In this document: in pieces, positions 40,657 to 50,200 of the stretch | Layout: every line of letters starts with the position of its first letter | Position numbering within the stretch: position 1 is the first letter of the stretch | NCBI GenBank assembly: GCA_964645915.1 | Contig: CAZYDH010000002.1 | Location: forward strand, 19,465-83,464 | Direction of reading: 5' to 3' | DNA from: an uncultured bacterium | Lineage (GTDB): Bacteria > Fidelibacterota > Marinisomatia > Marinisomatales > JACNKV01 | Length of the DNA stretch: 64,000 bases | Notes under the pieces: generated by a model | Databases searched by the model: none | What the model was told of the DNA's origin: nothing | What the model saw: the letters and a program-made list of their open reading frames with translations, nothing else | Program-made: the position numbers and the translations under genes

Positions 40657-41724
40657 TTAGTACTTGTTTGATTTTCTGGTCTTCTTATAATGCTTTATCA
40701 TTTTCCCGAAATCTTTCTCTTTTTTCCGTTTTTCAGCAACGGTCGACTCATAATGTGCTTTTTCTCGTTCCATTTTCATATAGTTTTCAAAAGACAATTG
40801 TTCTATTTCTCCATTTTCTATTGCTGATTTAACTGCACAACCTTTTTCAGAGGTATGGGTGCAATCCGAAAACCTACAATGTTGCGTCAGATCGTATATC
40901 TTTTCAAATGTATTCTCTAGTCCACCCAAACTGTCTGTAATACCAACTTCACGCATTCCCGGATTATCAACAAGTATTGCACCATTTACCAATGGAATTA
41001 ACTCACGGTGGGTTGTAACGTGCTTGCCTTTATAAGTACTATCACTTATAGCTCCTGTTTTCATCTGATTTTTTCCACTCAAACTGTTTATCAACGAGGA
41101 TTTTCCAACACCTGACGAACCTAAAAGGCAATATGTTTTTCCTTTATTAACCAATTTTTTTAAACCATCCATCCCGGCTTGCGTTTCATTACTCACAGGG
41201 ATGACCGGAACATTTTCAATTCTTTGGTTTATTTTGTCAAGCATATCATTCAATTTTATTTCATCCATCAAGTCTGTCTTTGAAACAACAATTATCGGTT
41301 CAATTTTTGAGGCGTAGCAAAGTGTTAAATATCTCTCCAATCTGTTAATGTTATAGTCTCTGTTTACTGATTGTACAATTAACCCATAGTCGATATTACA
41401 GGCAATCATTTGTTTTTCTCCGAATTTGCCCACAGCTTGTCGTTCTAAGACTGAGTAGCGTGGTAAAATTGCGTGAATCAATGCTTTTCCTATTTCATAT
41501 TCAGAAATGGCTACCCAATCACCAACAGCGGGTAATTCATTCCTGTCTTTTGCTGTGAACCTTAAACCCCCTATAAGTTCACAATCTAATTCATCGGAAC
41601 CCGTATTGACCGTGTACCGATCTTTATGTTCCCGAATAACCCTACCAATATCAAAGGAGCCAAGATTTTGCTCTTGTCTGTATTCTTCTAGTTCACTATT
41701 ATATCCTAAATCTAAAAGTGTCAT
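40657..41724 (-). CDS. rsgA: Ribosome small-subunit-dependent GTPase A
   Basis: Circularly permuted GTPase: NxxD (VSKTD) before the P-loop GSSGVGKSSLIN, with a C-terminal zinc finger CRFSDCTHTSEKGCAV. I chose the ATG at 41724; the ORF-track start at 41742 is TTG. Confidence 0.92.
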   Translation of the reverse strand: MTLLDLGYNSELEEYRQEQNLGSFDIGRVIREHKDRYTVNTGSDELDCELIGGLRFTAKDRNELPAVGDWVAISEYEIGKALIHAILPRYSVLERQAVGKFGEKQMIACNIDYGLIVQSVNRDYNINRLERYLTLCYASKIEPIIVVSKTDLMDEIKLNDMLDKINQRIENVPVIPVSNETQAGMDGLKKLVNKGKTYCLLGSSGVGKSSLINSLSGKNQMKTGAISDSTYKGKHVTTHRELIPLVNGAILVDNPGMREVGITDSLGGLENTFEKIYDLTQHCRFSDCTHTSEKGCAVKSAIENGEIEQLSFENYMKMEREKAHYESTVAEKRKKEKDFGKMIKHYKKTRKSNKY

Positions 41725-41962
41725 TTCAATTAAGCACAACAACCGGATAAATGCTATTGCATTTATTGGGTTTAGTGAGTTTAAAGTTTATTTTAGAAAT
41801 CATTACATAAAAGTAATGAGTGATGTAATTATGGAGCAATATCTATTTTAATGAAAGAAAAGGGAAATGAGTTTATCATTGCTGAAACATTCAGTAAAAC
41901 TCTACCGGCTTTTTTCTGTAATTTCTCTATTGATTCATAAGCGTCTCTTTATAAGAAAACAA

Positions 41963-43603
41963 ATGACAGATCCGATACAAAATATCAGCCATATATTTGA
42001 TCTAGTAACTCGGTGTGCAAAATACGGTGTGGAAAAAGCCGTGGTTTGTCCTGGGTCGCGCTGTGCACCTTTACTGATTGGGTTTGGCCAGCATCCTGCA
42101 ATTGAAACTATTTCAGTGACGGATGAACGATCTGCCGGATATGTGGGTTTAGGCTTTGCACAGCAATCGGATAAACCCGTCGTTTTAGTATGTACATCCG
42201 GAACCGCTGCCCAAAATTTTATTCCGGCAGTAACTGAAGCATTTTATCAGCAAGTTCCACTCATTGTAATTACAGCAGATCGACCTTCAGAATGGATCGA
42301 CCAATGGGATGGGCAAACTATTCATCAAAACGATCTTTTTGAGCCACATATTAAAGGAAGTTACGTTTATTCGAAAGATCAACAAGATGTAAGTGAAGAA
42401 GCATTTTCATTTGCATTAAGTGATGCGAAAGGTCCTGTTCATTTGAATGTTCCTATCGATGAACCTTTTTATCCAAATTCTTTGAACGATATCAAATTCT
42501 CTGTGGATACAAAACGGGATCATAAAACAGTTATAGATGAATCCATTTCAGATGATATTTTGGATGAGTTTAGTTCAATATTGAGAACCTCTGAGAAGGT
42601 GATGATCATCGGTGGACAGTTGAAACCTGATGACGATTTAATACAGTTGTTAAATCAGGTAAAGGTTACGGTAGTAGGTGATGTGATATCAAACCTTCAT
42701 GGAGTGGATGGTGTTATCAAATCAGCTGATATGGTTTTTAACACAAATGATGAATCATTTTCACCTGATTTTCTGATAACGATCGGTCGATCTGTTATCT
42801 CAAAAAAGATGAAATTATTTTTGAGAAAAAATCAACCCAAGGTCCATTGGCATATCGGGAATGGCATGGTTGGAGATCCCTATCAATCGATCACGAAAAT
42901 TATTAAAACATCCCCGGTTCATTTTTTCAAAAGATGGTTGGAACAAGATATCCATCAGAATAACTCGACTGGATATCGAACCAAATTATCGAATATCCAA
43001 AAAAAGGTCGATACTCAACTATCAACGGTATTAGACCATGCAAAGTTCAATTATTTTACAGCTCTAGAAACGCTCATAAAAACACTACCAGAAAACAGTG
43101 TGCTTCATTTAGGAAACAGTATGCCCGTCCGTATTGTTAATTATATTGGAATGAACGACCCCACTATTGATATTTGGTGTAATCGCGGAACATCCGGTAT
43201 CGATGGAGTGGTCAGCACCGCTGTAGGGCATGCAATAGCTGAACCCAATCGAAAACATACACTGATCGTTGGAGATCTATCCTTTTTCTACGACCGAAAC
43301 GGATTGTGGTTGAATCATGAATTTCCAACCAATTTACAGATTGTCGTTTTAAATGACTTTAGTGGTGGAATATTCAATATGATCCTCGGTCCATCAAATC
43401 AGGGAGAATTGTTAGATCTGTTTACCGTTCCGCACAAACGAACAGCCAAACTCACCGCAAAAGAATTTGGATTAGCATATCATTTGATTACATCCTTGGA
43501 GGAAATAAAAGGATGGTTTTCAGGAATCATGGAAATATTTACAGATTCAAAAATAAATAAAGACGTGTATAAAAAAATTACCACAATTGGAGGTTATTTA
43601 TGA
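41963..43603 (+). CDS. menD: 2-succinyl-5-enolpyruvyl-6-hydroxy-3-cyclohexene-1-carboxylate (SEPHCHC) synthase
   Basis: ThDP enzyme with CPGSR..PL, ERSA.F.ALG, CTSGTA and GTSGIDG motifs. I chose the ATG at 41963. The 32 upstream codons of the ORF-track model (from 41867) look non-coding. Confidence 0.9.
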   Translation: MTDPIQNISHIFDLVTRCAKYGVEKAVVCPGSRCAPLLIGFGQHPAIETISVTDERSAGYVGLGFAQQSDKPVVLVCTSGTAAQNFIPAVTEAFYQQVPLIVITADRPSEWIDQWDGQTIHQNDLFEPHIKGSYVYSKDQQDVSEEAFSFALSDAKGPVHLNVPIDEPFYPNSLNDIKFSVDTKRDHKTVIDESISDDILDEFSSILRTSEKVMIIGGQLKPDDDLIQLLNQVKVTVVGDVISNLHGVDGVIKSADMVFNTNDESFSPDFLITIGRSVISKKMKLFLRKNQPKVHWHIGNGMVGDPYQSITKIIKTSPVHFFKRWLEQDIHQNNSTGYRTKLSNIQKKVDTQLSTVLDHAKFNYFTALETLIKTLPENSVLHLGNSMPVRIVNYIGMNDPTIDIWCNRGTSGIDGVVSTAVGHAIAEPNRKHTLIVGDLSFFYDRNGLWLNHEFPTNLQIVVLNDFSGGIFNMILGPSNQGELLDLFTVPHKRTAKLTAKEFGLAYHLITSLEEIKGWFSGIMEIFTDSKINKDVYKKITTIGGYL

Positions 43604-44424
43604 ATTGGAAGCAGAATTGGCAAACAATTAGAGAATATAATGAAATCAAATTTGACTTTTTTGAAGGGATTGCCAAGATCAGTATCAATCGACCGGAAAA
43701 GCACAACGCATTCACTCCTCGAACGGTGAAAGAAATGATCGATGCCATGACTATTTGCCGTGATGATGAAAACATTGAAGTTGTCGTTTTTACAGGCGAA
43801 GGTGGAAAAGCTTTTTGTAGTGGAGGTGACCAAGGCGTTCGCGGGCATGGTGGCTATATTGGTAAAGATGAAGTACCTCGTCTGAATGTACTCGATCTTC
43901 AAAAACAAATACGATCCATCCCAAAAGTAGTTATTGCCGCTGTGGCAGGATGGTCGATCGGAGGTGGTCACGTACTTCATGTGGTTTGCGATTTAACGAT
44001 CGCTGCTGAAAATGCCATGTTCGGTCAAACCGGACCAAAAGTTGGATCCTTTGATGGAGGGTTTGGAGCTTCCTATTTGGCTAGAAGTGTTGGGCAAAAG
44101 AAAGCCCGTGAGATATGGTTCCTTTGTGATCAGTATAATGCTGAGCAAGCGTTGGATATGGGATTAGTGAATACGGTAGTTCCATTAGGAAAATTGGAGG
44201 ATACATTCATTGAATGGGCTAAGAAAATTCAAGAGAAATCTCCTTTAGCTATCCGCATGTTGAAATCAGCATTCAATGCGGAATTGGATGGTCAAGCCGG
44301 AATTCAGGAATTAGCCGGGAATTCCACATTGCTTTATTATTTATCCGATGAAGCAAAAGAAGGAAAAAATGCATTCATGGAGAAGCGAAAACCGGATTTT
44401 TCAAAATATCCGAAATTTCCGTAG
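43600..44424 (+). CDS. menB: 1,4-dihydroxy-2-naphthoyl-CoA synthase
   Basis: Crotonase fold with highly conserved MenB blocks ([34 protein letters not shown]). ATGA overlap with menD. Confidence 0.95.
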   Translation: MNWKQNWQTIREYNEIKFDFFEGIAKISINRPEKHNAFTPRTVKEMIDAMTICRDDENIEVVVFTGEGGKAFCSGGDQGVRGHGGYIGKDEVPRLNVLDLQKQIRSIPKVVIAAVAGWSIGGGHVLHVVCDLTIAAENAMFGQTGPKVGSFDGGFGASYLARSVGQKKAREIWFLCDQYNAEQALDMGLVNTVVPLGKLEDTFIEWAKKIQEKSPLAIRMLKSAFNAELDGQAGIQELAGNSTLLYYLSDEAKEGKNAFMEKRKPDFSKYPKFP

Positions 44425-44433
44425 AATGCTACG

Positions 44434-45321
44434 ATGAAAAAATGGATAAAAGCCTTCCGTTTACGGACGTTACCACTCGCTTTTTCCTGTGTAATCATGG
44501 GAAGTGGATTAGCAAGGTATGACAATCAACTAAATTGGTTAGTGTTTTCACTCGCGTTGATAACGACTTTATTTTTACAAATTTTATCAAATCTTGCAAA
44601 TGATTATGGGGACTATACAAAAGGTACGGATGATGAAAATAGGATAGGTCCTGATCGCACGATGCAAAGCGGACTTATTTCAAAATCAGAAATGATCACT
44701 GGAATGTGGATCATCATTCTACTTTGTTCTATTTTTGGAGTGTGGCTTATTTTTGAAGGAACAAAAGGAATTCAAATTCAAAACGCTGCATTATTTGCGG
44801 TTCTCGGACTTGCGGCTATTGGAGCAGCAGTGAAATATACGATGGGTAACAATCCTTATGGTTATGCGGGGTTGGGAGACCTCTTCGTGTTTTTGTTCTT
44901 TGGATGGTTAGGGGTGATCGGAACATATTTTTTACATACAAATTCATTTCAGGTCGAAATCTTACTCCCGGCTTCTTCCATCGGATTCTTTACATCAGCC
45001 GTATTAAATATCAATAATATGCGAGATCATGAAACGGATCAAAATACAAAAAAAAGAACATTAGTTGTTCGGATCGGATTTGTGTGGGCTAAGCGATATC
45101 ATTTCATTCTAAATTTCTTGGGAGTATTTTTCATCATTTTGTATTTAATTCCTGATATCAAAGCAGTTTGGTTATTTCTTGTCGGGTTTGTATTCTTTTT
45201 AAAACCTAGCAGGGATATTCTACGACTCAACGATCACAGATTATTAGATCCGTTCTTGAAAAAACAGGCAATTGCCACCTTTGTTTTTACGATATTATTT
45301 GTTCTCTTTATCAACATCTAG
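44434..45321 (+). CDS. menA: 1,4-dihydroxy-2-naphthoate polyprenyltransferase
   Basis: UbiA-family membrane protein with NLANDYGDY and NNMRD...D motifs. Confidence 0.92.
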   Translation: MKKWIKAFRLRTLPLAFSCVIMGSGLARYDNQLNWLVFSLALITTLFLQILSNLANDYGDYTKGTDDENRIGPDRTMQSGLISKSEMITGMWIIILLCSIFGVWLIFEGTKGIQIQNAALFAVLGLAAIGAAVKYTMGNNPYGYAGLGDLFVFLFFGWLGVIGTYFLHTNSFQVEILLPASSIGFFTSAVLNINNMRDHETDQNTKKRTLVVRIGFVWAKRYHFILNFLGVFFIILYLIPDIKAVWLFLVGFVFFLKPSRDILRLNDHRLLDPFLKKQAIATFVFTILFVLFINI

Positions 45322-45341
45322 TAGCAGAGTATTGATTTTAG

Positions 45342-47294
45342 ATGAATGCTAATTGGACAAAACGCAGATTGATTTTTCACCACCCGGCTGGGACATTTCG
45401 AGGAATTATGAACTATCGAGATGTTTGGTTTATTACTTTAAGAGAAAATAGAGTAAACGGGATTGGTGAATGTGCACCATTGCCTGGACTTTCGGTTGAT
45501 GATTTATCAACATTTGAAGCCATGTTGAGTAAAGTATGTTCTGACCCTGTATCATATATTCAATCTCCAGATAGATTATCAGATTATCCATCTATTCGAT
45601 TTGGATTGGAAATGGCAGAAATGGATTTAAAAAATGGTGGTGGGCAACGATACTATCCTGTTAATGATTCTATCGAAGTACCGATAAACGGATTAATTTG
45701 GATGGGAGATTCCAACTTTCTTCTTGATCAGATTGAGACCAAATTGAAAGAAAATTGGAAGTGCATTAAAATAAAAATCGGGGCATTAGATTTTGAAACT
45801 GAATTAGACATACTCAAATCGATTCGCAACAAATTTAATCAAGGTGAATTGGAGCTTCGTGTAGATGCGAATGGAGCATTTTCTGCTGATGAAGTATTTC
45901 AAAAGATAGAAGCATTGTCCAAATATGATATCCATTCTATTGAGCAACCTATTGCAGCAGGGCAGTGGGATGTGATGAAAGAACTATGCGCGACTTCTCC
46001 TATCCCAATTGCTTTAGATGAAGAATTAATTCCGTTGATAAGTGAAGAATCTCGAATCAATATGTTGGATAAAATCCAACCGGATTACATAGTTCTGAAA
46101 CCCAGTTTGTTGGGAGGATTTTCTGAAACGAATAAATGGATTCAACTCGCAGAAATCAGGAATATTAAATGGTGGGTGACATCCGCATTAGAATCTAACA
46201 TTGGTCTGAATGCAATATTTCAATGGACTAATCAAATTCAACCCAAAGGATTTCAAGGATTGGGAACAGGAAAATTATTTACAAATAATATCCCATCATC
46301 TTTAGAAATGAAAGAAGGAAAGTTAACGTACTCTCATTCTTCATTTAGTCACGATGTTAACCAAGTTATTTCAGAATGGTTAAATGATAAAAAAGATATA
46401 CCCCTTCAAACTTCCGGTTCTACAGGAAAACCAAAATCAATTATCGTTAAGAAAGATTGGGTAAAAAATTCAGTAGAGCTAACAAAAGACACTTTCCATT
46501 TGAAAAGTGGGGACTCAGCACTTTTATGCTTACCGGTGAATTATATTGCTGGTAAAATGATGGTTATTCGAGCGATTGAACTTGGATTGGATCTGACGAT
46601 TAAAGAACCATCTGTAAATCCTTTGGAAAACAGTTCTGAACTATTTGATTTTGCAGCAATGACTCCTTATCAAGCGGGCAACTTAATTGAGCAACTATCA
46701 CAGATAAAAACTCTGTTAGTTGGTGGAGCAGAGGTCAGTTCAGCATTAAATCAAAAACTACAGCCATTAACAACAAAAGTCTATGAAACGTATGGAATGA
46801 CCGAAACGTTGACACACGTAGCGATCAAACGACTTAATGGTGATAAAAGTACCGACCTTTTTCAAGCATTAGATGGAGTTCTTTTAGGAACGGATGAAAG
46901 GGGATGTGGAGTTATCTATGCACCAAAGGTAAATCCTTCGCCTATCATCACAAATGATTTGATTAAAATAATTAACAGTAAATCTTTTCAATGGCTAGGT
47001 CGATATGATCGTATGATCAATTCCGGAGGTGTAAAAATAATTCCAGAGCAGGTGGAAGAAAAATTAGAATCAGTGATAGATCAGCAGCGGTATTTTATTA
47101 CCGGAATCCCCGACGAAAAGTTAGGACAAAAAGTAGTATTAATTATAGAGGGCGAAGAGAAAGAGATCAATTTTGATACCCTAAATAAATATGAAAAACC
47201 TAAAGAAATATTCTTTGTATCCAAATTTGTAGAAACCCATACAGGGAAGATAGATCGAATTAAATCATTACAGTTAATATCTGAATTATTTTAA
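45342..47294 (+). CDS. menC/menE: Fusion protein: o-succinylbenzoate synthase (N-terminal, about aa 1-332) and o-succinylbenzoate-CoA ligase (C-terminal, about aa 340-650)
   Basis: A single uninterrupted 650-codon ORF. The N-terminal half has the enolase-superfamily OSBS signature (IKIKIG, RVDANG, IEQP, ALDEEL, LKPS). The C-terminal half has ANL-adenylating motifs: TSGSTGKPK (nt 46410-46436), YETYGMTET and a C-terminal GKIDR. Confidence 0.85.
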   Translation: MNANWTKRRLIFHHPAGTFRGIMNYRDVWFITLRENRVNGIGECAPLPGLSVDDLSTFEAMLSKVCSDPVSYIQSPDRLSDYPSIRFGLEMAEMDLKNGGGQRYYPVNDSIEVPINGLIWMGDSNFLLDQIETKLKENWKCIKIKIGALDFETELDILKSIRNKFNQGELELRVDANGAFSADEVFQKIEALSKYDIHSIEQPIAAGQWDVMKELCATSPIPIALDEELIPLISEESRINMLDKIQPDYIVLKPSLLGGFSETNKWIQLAEIRNIKWWVTSALESNIGLNAIFQWTNQIQPKGFQGLGTGKLFTNNIPSSLEMKEGKLTYSHSSFSHDVNQVISEWLNDKKDIPLQTSGSTGKPKSIIVKKDWVKNSVELTKDTFHLKSGDSALLCLPVNYIAGKMMVIRAIELGLDLTIKEPSVNPLENSSELFDFAAMTPYQAGNLIEQLSQIKTLLVGGAEVSSALNQKLQPLTTKVYETYGMTETLTHVAIKRLNGDKSTDLFQALDGVLLGTDERGCGVIYAPKVNPSPIITNDLIKIINSKSFQWLGRYDRMINSGGVKIIPEQVEEKLESVIDQQRYFITGIPDEKLGQKVVLIIEGEEKEINFDTLNKYEKPKEIFFVSKFVETHTGKIDRIKSLQLISELF

Positions 47295-50200
47295 TAGGAT
47301 CATCTTTTTCGTTTCTACGAACTCTCCGGTTTTTAACTGATAGAAGTATAATCCTGCACTAACTTGCTTTCCAAAATGATCTCTTCCATTCCATTGAATG
47401 GTATGTCTTCCTACATCAAGATTCGCACTTAACAATCGAATTATTTCTCTTCCCGTGATGTCATAAATAGTCATTTCGGAATGTGATGCGAAAGGTAAAC
47501 TAAATTGAATAGTTGTAATCGGATTAAATGGATTCGGGTAATTCTGTTCAAGAGAAATTCTTGTTGGGATCCCATAATCATCCGTTATAGATAAAATTTC
47601 AAATGTACTGTTTTGCAACCCGGGTGTACCGTAATCAACTGTTGATGCTGACCATGATTCGGGTGCGGAATTTTCCAGTGATGGATTGACCAATTCCAAA
47701 GTTGGACCGTTGCCATCAGGTCCAGATGGCCAAGGGGTATTATCATCATATTGGACGGAGTCAATTAATACACCGTTGGAATCAAAAACTCTGACTTGAT
47801 CTCCGCTACCACTTAGGCCGAAACCAATTGGTCCAACAACATCAACAACATCGGGGAAATGATATGTAAACTGATTTAAATCTTTTGAAATAATGATGTA
47901 TTGATCAGGTAAAACGGTTGTCCCTTCAGGAATATTGAAAGCATGCCCATCGTCGTCATCCTTTACGACCCAATTGGAAATATCAATGGAAGTTTCGCCG
48001 GGGTTGTGTAATTCAATCCAGTCATCCGGATCAAATGCGTTGTTGGAATTGTAATTGATTTCATTGATAACGACTGTCCCGGGTGTCTGTCCGTTTGGTT
48101 CAAATAGTGCAGTTAAATAGAAGGGGTCAGAAATGGAAATATTCATTTCAGCACTGGAATCCGGAAATTCAGCCCAACCAACAAAATCGAATCCATTTTT
48201 TGGTAGTGCCTTAACATAAATTGGGACGGTCGGAAAATAATAACCACTCCAATTAGGTTCAGAAATTTCCAATGAATTAACTTGGACGTTACCTTGCTCA
48301 GGAATTGTTTGAATGTTGATCAATGCGATATTTGGAAGATTAAACTTATCTCGGACGTGTATTCTGGCGTACACTTGTCGATAATTGATAAAGTTATACA
48401 TTGTATTTAAATCATTATCCCAGTTTATGGCAGATCCATCACCCCAACAGCATCCACCTCCCCATGGAATAGCCCAACGTTCTTGATGGTGGGGAATTAG
48501 ATCAATAATTGTGTCTACAATAGAGTCCAAACGTTGGTGTAGATGATTGGCAGATAAAACCGAATTGATCAAGTCACAGTAAAGATTAATGAATCTATGC
48601 TTGAAATGATCATTTTGAAGAATTCTTCTGAATAAATATGTACTCCAAGGGGGATTTGGCCATCCAGGACCATTAGGATCCGATGCAAATTCTAACGTGT
48701 TATATGTGAAAGCATTTTGATCCCAAATACCAAATCCAAAGTCAGTATCAAATAAGATCCAACGCCATTTTCCTTCGGGTTGATGATCACGCCAATATTT
48801 TACATTATTCCCCGGCCAATCACGATTGTCTGAAAATATTTGAATCCCTTGGTATTTTAAATAAGAGTCAAGATCCATCCAATTTTCTAAGGCTATTTCT
48901 ACAGAAGGATCATTTATATTATGTGTTTCAAGATATTCTATAAGATTCAAATAGTCCGTATTTGTTCCATGGATAACGCTGTTATTTCCTTCTAAGAGAT
49001 CCACTTGATCAGGGTCAACTCCATGATTGGATGCTAGATAGTGTTCATTAACTTTTTCTCTAAGATTGAAAATTCCCCAATATTCACCATTTAGATAAAC
49101 AATGCTGGGGCGGTATTGTTGATAATCAACATTCTGCCCATTAGCCAAGCCTGTGATAAAACCATCTCTAAGCATGGATGATATCCAATCATTCCCTGAA
49201 TTTCGGAGGATGAATGCTTCGAAGGTTTCAATGGAATGATCAGGGAAGATAGGATAATCAAATTCAGTGGGTCCATATTGACCACGTGCAAATATTGCCA
49301 TGGATTTTTGAGGATAACCTCTACTCCAAGCGCCAAAAATTTTCACCCCTGCATTCGCATTAAACCCGGTGCCGTCATTTTCTAATATTTCAAAATGGAT
49401 AGGTCGTTCCCAATCCTCCCAAAAGTTTGCACCAAAATGAGGGAAATCCGGACTAGCGTTAGATCCCATTTCGTAAATACCGGTTTCTTCATTGAAAAGA
49501 TGTTCAGAATCTGTCGCAAGGAAAACAACCGGAACAGTTTCGGGGTGAGATTCGTCAAATATATAAGTTTTTGATTGAGTTTTGGATTCATACCAGCCTG
49601 ATAAAAACACTTTTGCTCTAACTACTCTGTTTGAATTGATCGGGATGGGATAGGCATATAATAAAGAACTGGTGGTCGGCTCTGAACCATCTATGGTAAA
49701 ATAGATTTGTGCGTTTGGTATCTCAGAAGTTAGGCTAAGGTATATTGTCTGTCCGTTCGGATAGAACCCTGATGGCTGAGAAAAACCAGGAGGAAGGAGT
49801 GTCCCAATATAGGGTGGAGTATTATTAGAACTATTGGGAGTTGGCTCAGAGAAAATACCCCATGTGTCTCCCTCAAGTAATCTCCCCAAAGAAATATCCC
49901 GATGAATGATACCGGTATAGACAGAATCTATCGTCTCTCCTAACGGAGTTGATAGAATTAGATTTTCACCATTTGAATTGATCTTAAAATTAGTATGTAA
50001 GTAAAATATAGGTAAGTTGATTGATGGATTTGGTTCACGCACATTTGTTTGAATGGTATTATATCCAAAGGTTAAAAAAGGAATACAACTTAGATCAGAT
50101 GAGTAGATATTATAATTATGCACTTCAATTGCTAGTACATTTTCACCTGCAATTAGAGGAACTTCATTTATGTCAAGCCAAATAGATTCCGGGAATCCAC

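Noticed and set aside
41507-41851. 114-aa plus-strand ORF overlapping the 5' end of rsgA and the rsgA-menD spacer
   Set aside because: Most of it is antisense to rsgA, its composition is Ser-rich and low-complexity, and it has no start context or recognisable fold. It is probably not a gene.
41867-41962. 32-codon N-terminal extension of menD in the ORF-track model
   Set aside because: The extension (MSLSLLKHSVKLYRLFSVISLLIHKRLFIRKQ) has no counterpart in MenD proteins, which begin close to the conserved CPGSR block. The ATG at 41963 gives a normal N-terminus.
43594-43980. 128-aa minus-strand ORF antisense to menB
   Set aside because: It overlaps one of the most conserved proteins in the window and has no motifs of its own. 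I treat it as a shadow ORF. The same reasoning applies to 6120-6488, 20328-20690, 34755-35081 and the other short antisense ORFs in the track.
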